A stretch of 64,000 bases of DNA. Origin: Clostridia bacterium. GTDB lineage: Bacteria; Bacillota; Clostridia; Oscillospirales; CAG-382. Position numbers and translations under genes: made by a program. The notes beneath the pieces are model-generated. The model was not told the DNA's origin and did no database searches. It saw only the letters and a program-made list of their open reading frames with translations. The stretch lies in contig JAFSGD010000023.1 in NCBI GenBank assembly GCA_017434845.1, forward strand, positions 1,631-65,630. Direction: 5' to 3'. Positions 27,136 to 35,536 of the stretch are shown piece after piece. The stretch's first letter is position 1. Each line of letters begins with the position of its first letter.

Positions 27136-28998
27136 ATGACTCGCGAAGAGCTTTTCGAAAAGGCGCGCCTTCTTCCCGCAACCCCCGGCGTTTATATAAT
27201 GCGCAACAAATCGGGCAGAATAATCTACGTTGGCAAATCAAAGGCGCTTAAAAACCGCGTTTCGAGCTATTTTTCCCCCTATTCCGACCATCGCGGAAAA
27301 ACCAAGCGAATGGTTGAGTCGGTTAACGATTTCGAGGTTTATTATACCTTAACCGAGCTTGAAGCGCTCATTCAGGAAAACCAGTTCATCAAGCAGTTTC
27401 AGCCCCGCTATAACATAAAGCTAAAGGATGGCGGCGGTTACCCATATATAAAGCTTTCAAATTCCGATTATCCCGATTTTTCAATCGTTTATAAGCGCAC
27501 CGCGGGCAACGACCGCTATTTCGGCCCATATTCATCGCATAACGTTGCGCGCAACATTCTTGAAACGGTTCGCAAGGCGTTTGCCTTGCCCTCCTGCGCA
27601 AAGGAATTCCCCAAGGATATCGGAAAGGGAAGAGCCTGCCTTAATTATCATATCGGCCGTTGCTGTGCGCCCTGCGTTAAGGGTAACGTTTCGTCCGATG
27701 AATACCGCGAGCTTTGCGCCCGCGCGGCAACGCTTTTGCGCGGCGACGGCAAAAAGCTTATTTCTCAGCTCGAAGAGAATATGAAAACCGCATCCGAAGG
27801 CTTGAATTTCGAGCTTGCGGCAAAGCTTCGCGATTGTATCTTTGCGGTCAAGAAGCTTTCCGATAAACAGCAGATCGTTTGTGCTCCGAACGTTGAAGCC
27901 GACATAATCGGCATTTATGCCGACGATCTCGGAAGCGCGCTTTCGCTTTTGTTTGTTCGCGGCGGTGCAATAGTCGATCGCGAAAACTTCTTCTTCGGCG
28001 CCGATGAGATAATAAGCAGCTCGGCGTTGGTTTCGTTTCTTCAGCGTTATTATGAGCTTCGCGGCTATATCCCGAAGCGAATTAATATCGATTATGAGCT
28101 CGAAGAAGCCGATAGCGAGCTTCTTTCCGCTTGGCTTAACGAACATGCGGGCTATAAGGTTTCGCTTTCGCGCCCCGAAAGAGGCGATATGCGTGCGTTA
28201 ACGCTTCGCGCATCGGAAAACGCAAAACAGCTTCTTATCCACAAGCGCAGTCAGGATGATAAGAAAAAGGATTTTCTCGTTTCGCTGGCGGGGCTTTTGG
28301 GGCTTGAGGTGGTTCCCGACAGGATCGAATCCTATGATATATCGCATTCTGCCGGCGAATACACAAGCTGCGGAATGATAGTTCTTGAGCACGGAAGCTT
28401 TGCGAAGAAAAAATACCGTTCGTTTAATATAAAAACAGTTAGCGACGGCAACGACCTTGCCGCGCTTGAGGAGTGCATACGCCGCAGATTTGCTCACGAT
28501 CCCGATGAGGCGGGCTGGGAATATCCCGATCTGTTGCTTATCGACGGCGGCGCAAACCAGGTAAATCGCGTAAGATCGGTGCTTTCGGAATTCGGAATCG
28601 TTATTCCGATTTTCGGCATGATAAAGGACGAGCACCATAAAACGCGAACCCTAACCGACGGCGATGGCGAAATATCGCTTATAACCCGTCAGGATGCGTT
28701 CGTTTTCATATATAAAATTCAGGAAGAGGTACACCGATATTCGCTTTCGCTGATGGATGCAAAACGCAGAAGCGCGGTTAAAAAAAGCAGCCTTACCGAA
28801 ATAAAGGGCGTTGGTGCAAAGCGCGCAAACGATCTTATGCTTCATTTCGGAACGCTTTCAAGCCTTAAAGCCGCCGATAAGGAATCGCTTTTGCAGGTTA
28901 AGGGCATTACTTCAGAGATAGCCGATTCTATCATCGAATACTTCGGAAAGGAAGAAAATGAGAATAATAACAGGAACGGCACGGGGAACCAAGCTTAA
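27136..28998 (+). CDS. uvrC: Excinuclease ABC subunit C
   Basis: GIY-YIG N-terminus (PGVYIMRN...IYVGKS), UVR-like region, RNase-H-like endonuclease domain and a C-terminal HhH. Confidence 0.93.
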   Translation: MTREELFEKARLLPATPGVYIMRNKSGRIIYVGKSKALKNRVSSYFSPYSDHRGKTKRMVESVNDFEVYYTLTELEALIQENQFIKQFQPRYNIKLKDGGGYPYIKLSNSDYPDFSIVYKRTAGNDRYFGPYSSHNVARNILETVRKAFALPSCAKEFPKDIGKGRACLNYHIGRCCAPCVKGNVSSDEYRELCARAATLLRGDGKKLISQLEENMKTASEGLNFELAAKLRDCIFAVKKLSDKQQIVCAPNVEADIIGIYADDLGSALSLLFVRGGAIVDRENFFFGADEIISSSALVSFLQRYYELRGYIPKRINIDYELEEADSELLSAWLNEHAGYKVSLSRPERGDMRALTLRASENAKQLLIHKRSQDDKKKDFLVSLAGLLGLEVVPDRIESYDISHSAGEYTSCGMIVLEHGSFAKKKYRSFNIKTVSDGNDLAALEECIRRRFAHDPDEAGWEYPDLLLIDGGANQVNRVRSVLSEFGIVIPIFGMIKDEHHKTRTLTDGDGEISLITRQDAFVFIYKIQEEVHRYSLSLMDAKRRSAVKKSSLTEIKGVGAKRANDLMLHFGTLSSLKAADKESLLQVKGITSEIADSIIEYFGKEENENNNRNGTGNQA

Positions 28999-29515
28999 AA
29001 CCCTTGCCGGAAACGATACAAGACCCACCACCGAGATCTGCAAGGAAGCGGTTTTCTCGGCAATCCAGTTCGACCTTCACGACAGAACCGTGCTCGATCT
29101 TTTCAGCGGATGCGGTCAAATGGCGCTTGAGGCGCTTTCGCGCGGCGCCGAAAGAGCGGTTATGATCGATTCATCCCGCGCGGCTTGCGAGATCATCAAG
29201 GAAAACGCGCTTAAAACAAAGCTTATGAAGCAATGCCGTGTTGTTACTGCCGATTGGAAGGAATATCTTCGCGGCGCATCGGGCAAGGAAAGCTTCGGCT
29301 TGGTATTCCTCGATCCCCCTTATGCCGAAGGAATCTTGGATGAGGTTCTTTTAAAGCTTAAGAATTCAAACGTTTTGGCGAAAAACGCAATAATCGTTGC
29401 CGAATCGGGCAAAGAGGGAATTCCTGCGCCCATCGACGGCTGGAATTCAAAGCTCTATCGATATGGTAAAACCTACGTAACTATAATCCGCATCCCCGAA
29501 AACGAGGAGGAATAG
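28958..29515 (+). CDS. rsmD: 16S rRNA (guanine966-N2)-methyltransferase RsmD
   Basis: MRIITGTARG N-terminus and the DPPY motif (FLDPPYA). It overlaps the uvrC 3' end by 41 nt. Confidence 0.88.
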   Translation: MRIITGTARGTKLKTLAGNDTRPTTEICKEAVFSAIQFDLHDRTVLDLFSGCGQMALEALSRGAERAVMIDSSRAACEIIKENALKTKLMKQCRVVTADWKEYLRGASGKESFGLVFLDPPYAEGILDEVLLKLKNSNVLAKNAIIVAESGKEGIPAPIDGWNSKLYRYGKTYVTIIRIPENEEE

Positions 29516-29518
29516 ATT

Positions 29519-29998
29519 ATGAGAACGGCAATCATTTCGGGCACCTTCGATCCCATCACTCATGGCCACATGGACGTTATAACCCGTGCGGCTATGCTTT
29601 TCGAAAAGGTCGTTGTTGCCGTTTCCTCAAATTCGGCAAAAAAAGGCTTTTTAACAAACGAGGCGCGCGTTAAGGCGGTTAAGGCCTCGGTTGCGAAGCT
29701 TAATAACGTTTCCGTTGAGCTTTGCGAGGGCCTGCTTGCCGATTTTTGCCTAAGATTTGAAAACCCCGTTATCGTTCGCGGCGCGCGAAGCGGAAGCGAT
29801 TTTGATTATGAGCGCAGTCTTTATATAATCAATAAATCGTTCGGCGTTCCCGAAACGATAGTTTTGCCCGCAAGCAGCGGCTTGGATCACATAAGCTCAA
29901 CCTATGCGCGCGAGCTTATGCGTTATAACAAAAGCCTCGAAAGCGCAATTCCCGACGAGGCTGTAAGAGTTATTAAAGAATATCTTGAAAATGATTGA
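29519..29998 (+). CDS. coaD: Phosphopantetheine adenylyltransferase
   Basis: GTFDPITHGH nucleotidyltransferase motif; 159 aa; conserved rsmD-coaD pairing. Confidence 0.93.
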   Translation: MRTAIISGTFDPITHGHMDVITRAAMLFEKVVVAVSSNSAKKGFLTNEARVKAVKASVAKLNNVSVELCEGLLADFCLRFENPVIVRGARSGSDFDYERSLYIINKSFGVPETIVLPASSGLDHISSTYARELMRYNKSLESAIPDEAVRVIKEYLEND

Positions 29999-31298
29999 TA
30001 TAAGAATAAAAAAGGCGTTGCTGAACTTTCAACGCGAGCCGTTAACCGCGCCCTTCGGCTTCAAGGGCAAATATTTAACAGAGCTTTGGCAAACCGTCGT
30101 TTATATCGAAACCGAAAACGGCGTAAGCGCCGCCTGCCCCGGAACCATATCGGTGCTTTGGTCGGATGCGAACGTTTTCGGTGAGCATTCGCCCGATGAA
30201 TCAAGCGCGCTCATGCGCGACGTTACCGCAAGGGCACTCGATATAATAAGAGGCGAAAGCTTTAAATATCCGAATGAGCTTATAAATTCGCTCGTTCCCG
30301 AGCTTAAAAAATATGCCGACGTCATTTGCGGCAGAAGCGTTGCCGAAACCTTTGTGCTGAATGCGCTTGTGGGGCTTGATTATGCGCTCTGGTCGGTTTT
30401 TGCAAAAGAGAACGGCCTTGCGGGCTTTGATGATATAATCCCCGAATTTGCGCGTTCTGCGCTCTCCTGCAGGCATGAGCGCTTGGCGCATATTCCGCTT
30501 GTAAGCTATGCCGTTGACGAAAACGGATTAAAGCGGCTTCTCGATAACGGAACCGCGCTGTTGAAAATAAAAATCGGCAAATCCTGCGGCGATGGGCTTA
30601 CCGAGCAAGAGGATATGCGCTCTATGCTCGAATGGGATAAAGCTCGCCTTACCGAGATACATTCGGTTGCAAGTCGATATACCACCGAGCTTTCCAAAAG
30701 CGGAAGGATCCGTTATTATCTCGATGCCAACGGAAGATACGATAGCCTGCAACGGCTTGAGGCTCTGCTCGACCATGCCGACAAGATCGGTGCGCTCGAC
30801 ATGATAGAGCTTATTGAAGAGCCGTTTGCGCCCGAAAAGGAAATTTTTGTGGGCGATCTGCCCGTAACGCTTAATGCCGACGAATCGGCGCATTCGCTTG
30901 CCGACGTTGAAAAAAGGCTTTCGCTCGGCTATAAAGCCGTTGCATTAAAGCCTATCGCAAAAACGATGTCGGTTTCGTTTGATATGGCGGCGGCAATTCA
31001 CAAGGCGGGCGGTGAATGCCTTTGTGCCGATTTGACCGTTGTGCCTCTGCTTGCCGAATGGAACAAGCAATTTGCCGCAAGAATCGGCGCGCTTTCGGGA
31101 ATGAATTGCGGCTGTATTGAAATTAACGGTAACCAAAACTATAAAAATTGGGAATCGCTCGGAAAGCTTCTTCCGAAAGGGCTTGAATTCAAGGCGGAAC
31201 ACAACGGTGCATTCGAGCTCGGACGTGATTATTACCAAACAGGCGGAATGCTTTTTGAAAATAACGGATATTGCGAATATTTCAAAGAAAGGTTTTGA
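29991..31298 (+). CDS. Enolase-superfamily enzyme (muconate-lactonizing/dipeptide-epimerase-like subgroup), substrate unknown
   Basis: KxK motif (LLKIKIGK), metal ligands in LDANGRY / IEEPF / NADESAH, and a second-strand Lys in ALKPIAK. The start is ATG 29991 or TTG 29985, and overlaps the coaD end. Confidence 0.6.
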   Translation: MIDIRIKKALLNFQREPLTAPFGFKGKYLTELWQTVVYIETENGVSAACPGTISVLWSDANVFGEHSPDESSALMRDVTARALDIIRGESFKYPNELINSLVPELKKYADVICGRSVAETFVLNALVGLDYALWSVFAKENGLAGFDDIIPEFARSALSCRHERLAHIPLVSYAVDENGLKRLLDNGTALLKIKIGKSCGDGLTEQEDMRSMLEWDKARLTEIHSVASRYTTELSKSGRIRYYLDANGRYDSLQRLEALLDHADKIGALDMIELIEEPFAPEKEIFVGDLPVTLNADESAHSLADVEKRLSLGYKAVALKPIAKTMSVSFDMAAAIHKAGGECLCADLTVVPLLAEWNKQFAARIGALSGMNCGCIEINGNQNYKNWESLGKLLPKGLEFKAEHNGAFELGRDYYQTGGMLFENNGYCEYFKERF

Positions 31299-31301
31299 AT
31301 T

Positions 31302-32288
31302 ATGAAGATTGCACTTATAATGAACCCCGGCACACGCAACATGGTTTTCAACCAAAAATGCCTTAAACGTCTTGAAAACAGCGGCGAGGTGGTTATTAAC
31401 GAAGGCGGAACCGATTTTGATTCGATTGCTTCGCTTATCAAGGATGCCGATGCCGTTGTTACCTCTTGGGGCAACAACCCTATCGACGAAAAATGCCTCG
31501 AGCTTTGTCCGAACCTTAAATTGCTTGTTCATGCCGCAGGAAGCGTTAAGCCCGTTGTTTCCGAAGCACTTTGGAAAAAGGGCGTTCGCGTTACCGCAAG
31601 CGCAAACGTTTTAAGCATGGGCGTTTCCGAAACCGCGCTCGGATTCACTATTGCCGCTTCGAAAAACTTCTTTGCCCACAACGAAAATATACATAACGGC
31701 GGCTGGGCAGAGGGAAAAGAAAACATCCGCGAGCTTTATGATCTTACGATCGGCGTTATCGGCGCAGGCTGGGCAGGCAGACATTATATCGAGCTTATGC
31801 AGGCTTTCGACGTTGATATCCTTCTATATGACCCGTTCGTTTCCGAAGAAAAGGCGGAAGCAATGGGTGCGAAGAAGGCAAGCTTGGAGGAGGTTTTAAA
31901 GGCAAGCGATATAATCTCTATACATGCACCTCAAATTCCCGAAACCTACCATATGTTCAACGCCGAAACCCTGGCGCTTATGAAAAAGGATGCGGTTCTT
32001 ATAAACACCGCACGCGGAACCATAATTGACGAAAAAGCGCTTTATGAGCACATGAAAGCAGGAAACCTTAAATATGCCTGCCTCGACGTTACCGACCCCG
32101 AGCCTCCCGCAGAGGATAACCCGCTTCGTACCCTTAAGAACTGCATTATGACACCGCATCTTGCAGGTCTTGCAAACAACGGCTTGAAAAAGATCGGTCA
32201 GCACGTTTGCGAAGAAATCGAATCGTTCCTTGCCGATTCCTCGCTTTCAACCGAGGTTACCGAAGAAATGCTTGCCAGAATGGCATAA
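31302..32288 (+). CDS. D-isomer-specific 2-hydroxyacid dehydrogenase family, NAD-binding
   Basis: GVIGAGWAGRH Rossmann motif, NTARG, and the catalytic His context TPHLAG. Confidence 0.8.
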   Translation: MKIALIMNPGTRNMVFNQKCLKRLENSGEVVINEGGTDFDSIASLIKDADAVVTSWGNNPIDEKCLELCPNLKLLVHAAGSVKPVVSEALWKKGVRVTASANVLSMGVSETALGFTIAASKNFFAHNENIHNGGWAEGKENIRELYDLTIGVIGAGWAGRHYIELMQAFDVDILLYDPFVSEEKAEAMGAKKASLEEVLKASDIISIHAPQIPETYHMFNAETLALMKKDAVLINTARGTIIDEKALYEHMKAGNLKYACLDVTDPEPPAEDNPLRTLKNCIMTPHLAGLANNGLKKIGQHVCEEIESFLADSSLSTEVTEEMLARMA

Positions 32289-32304
32289 AGAAAGGAAAGA
32301 TATC

Positions 32305-33141
32305 ATGAAAAAGATCATTGCATTTTCACTTGCAGCTCTTCTTTGCGTGGCTTTCGCCGTTTCTGCATCGGCAGATTACAGCATTGCCGAAAACGGCGAT
32401 GCCGTTTATGAAACCGCAGTAGGATACACCTTTACCATCAACGACATCAACGGCAAGATCGATGGCGAGGATGCAACCATTCTCACATCTGCTTCCGGCC
32501 TTGATAACTGCGGCGTTTGGGCTATTTGGTTCGTTGCCGAAAAGCTTTCAACCAACGTTTATGAAGCAAAAACCAACGGCGCAGGCATGGGCGGAACCAA
32601 GCCGAGCGTTGATCTCAAAAAGGATCAGATAATCGTTGTCGTTCATTCTTCGACCTCTAACCCCGACAGAGCCGGAGAATTTCCCAACTGGGAAGATAAA
32701 GTTGCCGCACTTGCCGTTAAAGCAGGCGATTGCCTTAAGCTCGAGGCGATAGATATTGCTTCCGGCACTTGCAACAACGGCAAAATGACCGTTATCACCA
32801 AAAAGGAAGCGGGCAATATCGGAGATGAGCCCGAAGAAAGCAGTTCTCCCGCTGAAGAAAGCTCCGAACCCGAGGTCAGCGAAGAACCCGAGGTCAGCAA
32901 AGAACCCGAAGTTAGCAAAGAGCCCGAGGCAGACGAAAGCTCTGAAGCCGAAGTAAGCTCCGAAGCGGTAGTCGAGACTTCTTCCGAGCCTGCCGAAACT
33001 TCTGAAGAGAGCGATTCCGATATCAAATCTTCGAATATTACCCGCGGCGGTATCGACGGCTGGATATGGCTTGTTATCGGCGTTGTCATCGGTGCGCTTG
33101 CGGTTGTTATAATCGTTGTTGTTCTTAAAAAGAAAAAATAA
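32305..33141 (+). CDS. Secreted, C-terminally membrane-anchored protein of unknown function (paralogue A, with acidic EPEVS linker)
   Basis: Signal peptide MKKIIAFSLAALLCVAFAVSASA, a roughly 190-aa domain, an acidic low-complexity linker, and a C-terminal TM helix plus KKKK. SD AAAGGAAAG precedes ATG 32305. Confidence 0.7.
   Translation: MKKIIAFSLAALLCVAFAVSASADYSIAENGDAVYETAVGYTFTINDINGKIDGEDATILTSASGLDNCGVWAIWFVAEKLSTNVYEAKTNGAGMGGTKPSVDLKKDQIIVVVHSSTSNPDRAGEFPNWEDKVAALAVKAGDCLKLEAIDIASGTCNNGKMTVITKKEAGNIGDEPEESSSPAEESSEPEVSEEPEVSKEPEVSKEPEADESSEAEVSSEAVVETSSEPAETSEESDSDIKSSNITRGGIDGWIWLVIGVVIGALAVVIIVVVLKKKK
32866..32937 (+). repeat. Four tandem 18-bp repeats encoding EPEVS(E/K)-type units
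   Basis: GAACCCGAGGTCAGCGAA / GAACCCGAGGTCAGCAAA / GAACCCGAAGTTAGCAAA / GAGCCCGAGGCAGACGAA. Confidence 0.85.
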
Positions 33142-33180
33142 GCATTTTGGCATAAAGACATAAAGAAAGGAAGGTTAACC

Positions 33181-33813
33181 ATGAAAAAACTTATTGCGTT
33201 GACTCTTGCAGCGATTCTTTGCGTTGCTTTCGGTGTTTCTGCATCGGCAGATTACTCCATTGCCGAGAACGGTGATGCCGTTTATGAAACCGCAGTAGGA
33301 TACACCTTTACCATCAACGACATCAACGGCAAGATCGAAGGTGAGGATGCGACCATTCTTACTTCCGCTTCGGGCCTCAATAACTGCAGCCCTTGGGTAG
33401 TCTGGTTCGTTGCCGAAAAGCGTTCGGACAACGTTTATGAAGCAGTAACCAACGGCACGTGGATGGAAGGAACCAAGCCGAAAGTTACTCTTAACAACGA
33501 TCAGATAATCGTTGTTATTCATTCCGCAAGCTCAAATCCCGACACTGCCGAATACTATCCCAACTGGGAGGATAGGGCTGTTGCGCTTGCAATCAAGGCA
33601 GGAGATTGGCTCAAACTCGAATCGATCGATATTGCTTCGGAAACCTGCGATAACGGCAAAATGACCGTTATAACCAAAGAGGAAGCCGACGAGCTTATTA
33701 CCGGCGACGGTATCGACAGCTGGGTCTGGATCGTTATCGGCGTTGCGATCGCCGCTATCGCGATCGTTGTATTTGTTGTTATCAAGGGTAAAAAGAAACA
33801 AACGGCTGAATAA
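33181..33813 (+). CDS. Secreted, C-terminally membrane-anchored protein of unknown function (paralogue B)
   Basis: Same signal peptide, domain and C-terminal TM architecture as 32305-33141 (MKKLIALTLAAILCVAFGVSASADYSIAENGDAVYETAVGYTFTINDINGKI...). It lacks the acidic linker. Confidence 0.7.
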   Translation: MKKLIALTLAAILCVAFGVSASADYSIAENGDAVYETAVGYTFTINDINGKIEGEDATILTSASGLNNCSPWVVWFVAEKRSDNVYEAVTNGTWMEGTKPKVTLNNDQIIVVIHSASSNPDTAEYYPNWEDRAVALAIKAGDWLKLESIDIASETCDNGKMTVITKEEADELITGDGIDSWVWIVIGVAIAAIAIVVFVVIKGKKKQTAE

Positions 33814-33824
33814 TAAAAAACACA

Positions 33825-33861
33825 AAAAGGATATGCTTTTCTTTGAAAGGCATATCCTTTT
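33825..33861. terminator. Bidirectional terminator between convergent genes
   Basis: A 12-bp perfect stem AAAAGGATATGC / GCATATCCTTTT with A/T runs on both sides. Confidence 0.75.
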
Positions 33862-33875
33862 GCTATATATAAGAT

Positions 33876-34097
33876 TTAAACCGCAGAAACGGTACCGTTA
33901 ACGATCTGTGCGATTACTGCGTTTATAACGTCTTCGGGTGAAGGCTCTTTTCCGTTTTGAGAAAGCTGTTTCCAAAACAGCTGTGCTTCGGGCGAAGGAT
34001 CGTTCATCGCGGCTCTGATCGCAATTTTGATCTGGTCTTCAACTTCGTAAGGGGTGGTTTTGTTTTCTTCTGCAATAGCTTTGTAAAGGTTTTTCAT
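33876..34097 (-). CDS. 73-aa protein resembling the distal half of the Spo0A C-terminal domain
   Basis: LYKAIAEENKTTPYEVEDQIKIAIRAAM...LF...KEPSPEDVINAVIAQI lines up with B. subtilis Spo0A [28 protein letters not shown]...LF...AKPTNSEFIAMVADKL. SD GGAGG is upstream. Confidence 0.55.
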   Translation of the reverse strand: MKNLYKAIAEENKTTPYEVEDQIKIAIRAAMNDPSPEAQLFWKQLSQNGKEPSPEDVINAVIAQIVNGTVSAV

Positions 34098-34145
34098 GAT
34101 TATCCTCCGACAATGAATATTGGTGTGTTTTTAACTCCGTGAGTT

Positions 34146-34170
34146 ATTATATCACGGCAATATTGTCGAA
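34146..34170 (-). promoter_or_regulatory. Candidate promoter (-10 TGaTATAAT) with a perfect Spo0A-box heptamer in the -25/-31 region
   Basis: Minus strand reads TTCGACA-12 nt-TATAAT. On the plus strand, TGTCGAA is at 34164-34170. No canonical -35 is present. Confidence 0.35.
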
Positions 34171-34230
34171 GAAACGCAAAGCGTGTCATTTAAACGAAAT
34201 AAAACTAAATTCAGGAAGATTTTTTTGATT

Positions 34231-34566
34231 TTATGGCTGAATATGCTTTGTATGTCGAATAAACACGTCAACGATATCATAAATCTTTTTTCTGTCATCG
34301 GAAGAAAGCTTTTCAAGCTTTTCGCCGAAAAGCGAATCCTTTACGGTATATCCAACGTCTACAACGTCATTTAAAACCATATCTGCGGATATTTGCAAAG
34401 CGTTAAGAATGGCAATCAGCGTTTCCAAAGAAGGAACCTTTTCGCCGCGCTCTATCATTCCGATATAATTTGCAGTCAGGTCTGCTTTTTCCGCAAGATC
34501 CTCCTGACGCATCTTTTTTGCGAGACGGTATTTTCTGATATTCTGTCCGATTGTATCAAGCCGCAT
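34231..34566 (-). CDS. XRE-family helix-turn-helix transcriptional regulator
   Basis: IGQNIRKYRLAKKMRQEDLAEKADLTANYIGMIERGEKVPSLETLIAILNAL; 111 aa. Confidence 0.85.
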   Translation of the reverse strand: MRLDTIGQNIRKYRLAKKMRQEDLAEKADLTANYIGMIERGEKVPSLETLIAILNALQISADMVLNDVVDVGYTVKDSLFGEKLEKLSSDDRKKIYDIVDVFIRHTKHIQP

Positions 34567-34576
34567 AATAAACCCT

Positions 34577-34603
34577 CCGATAGTGTGTGCCTATTACTAT
34601 CAG
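34577..34603. promoter_or_regulatory. Candidate operator: inverted repeat CCGATAGT-N11-ACTATCAG, with a third site ACTATCGG at 34634-34641
   Basis: GATAGT/ACTATC half-sites lie directly between the putative -10 (TATACT on the minus strand) and the SD of the XRE gene. Confidence 0.4.
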
Positions 34604-34657
34604 TATAGGTGATTGTTTTACTTAAATGAACAAACTATCGGTATTATAAGATTACTA

Positions 34658-35524
34658 TTAGGCATTATCTCGAAGCGCAACCGTGATTTTTACCGTAAGC
34701 TTATCATCTTGCTCATCCTTGCACCAATCGGCGTTAATTCCCGAGGCGGTAAGTATTCCAACCGCCTTATCGATAGTGTTGTAAAGAAAGCGAATGTCTT
34801 TTATCGCGCCCTTGACGCTTTTAACCTTCTTTTTTCTTTTTGGGGAAGGTTTGAAGGTTTTGTTGCTGTTTAAATGCAGATCAACGAGCCGTTCGGCATC
34901 GGGGGCGGAAAGATGGTTATTGATTATTTCAAGCATGATCGGTCGGCGCTCGCGTTCGCTTTCGATTCTTACGAGTGCGCGCGCATGGCGCTCGGAAAGA
35001 CCGTTTTCGGCGATCATAAGCCGTTCGCGCTCCGAAAGCCTTAACAGCCTGAGCTTGTTCGAAAGGGTCGATTGCGAAATCGAAAGCGTGCTCGCAAGCT
35101 CGGTTTGCGATTTTCCGCTAAGAAGCATAAGGTTTTGCATTGCCAACGCCTCTTCGAAAAAAGAAAGGTCGCTTCGCTGAAGATTTTCTATCAAAGCCAT
35201 CATTGCGCTTTCCTGGCGGTCGGCATCGTGAATTATACAGGGTATATGCGTTAACCCTGCCAGCCGCGCGGCGCGCCAGCGGCGCTCGCCTGCGATTATT
35301 TCATATTTGGCTTTTGGCTGAGGCATCGGAAAGGGAAGCGGTTCGATTCTTTTAACGGCAATAGGCTGAATGACGCCAAACTGCTTTATGCTTTCGCAAA
35401 GCGCGATCATTTCGGCTTCGTCAAAGCAACGCCGCGGCTGCATTGGGTTGGGCATAAGCTCGCCCAGGGGCAATAAAACGGTGTTTTCTTTTTTTGTCGG
35501 CTTAAAAATGCTTGATATGCTCAT
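34658..35524 (-). CDS. Orphan ParB-family protein of the Noc (nucleoid occlusion) type
   Basis: ParB N-domain with IIAGERRWRAARLAG, the HTH SQTELASTLSISQSTLSNKLRLLRL, LSERHARAL, and a Noc-like C-terminus DIRFLYNTIDKAVGILTASGINA. No parA/soj gene is adjacent. Confidence 0.75.
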   Translation of the reverse strand: MSISSIFKPTKKENTVLLPLGELMPNPMQPRRCFDEAEMIALCESIKQFGVIQPIAVKRIEPLPFPMPQPKAKYEIIAGERRWRAARLAGLTHIPCIIHDADRQESAMMALIENLQRSDLSFFEEALAMQNLMLLSGKSQTELASTLSISQSTLSNKLRLLRLSERERLMIAENGLSERHARALVRIESERERRPIMLEIINNHLSAPDAERLVDLHLNSNKTFKPSPKRKKKVKSVKGAIKDIRFLYNTIDKAVGILTASGINADWCKDEQDDKLTVKITVALRDNA

Positions 35525-35536
35525 GTTCCACCGCCT

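Noticed and set aside
32548-33182. 179-201-aa minus-strand ORFs opposite paralogue A (and 33175-33825 opposite paralogue B)
   Set aside because: These are antisense shadows of the signal-peptide-bearing sense genes. Their translations are repetitive (mirror images of the EPEVS linker) and they have no start signals.
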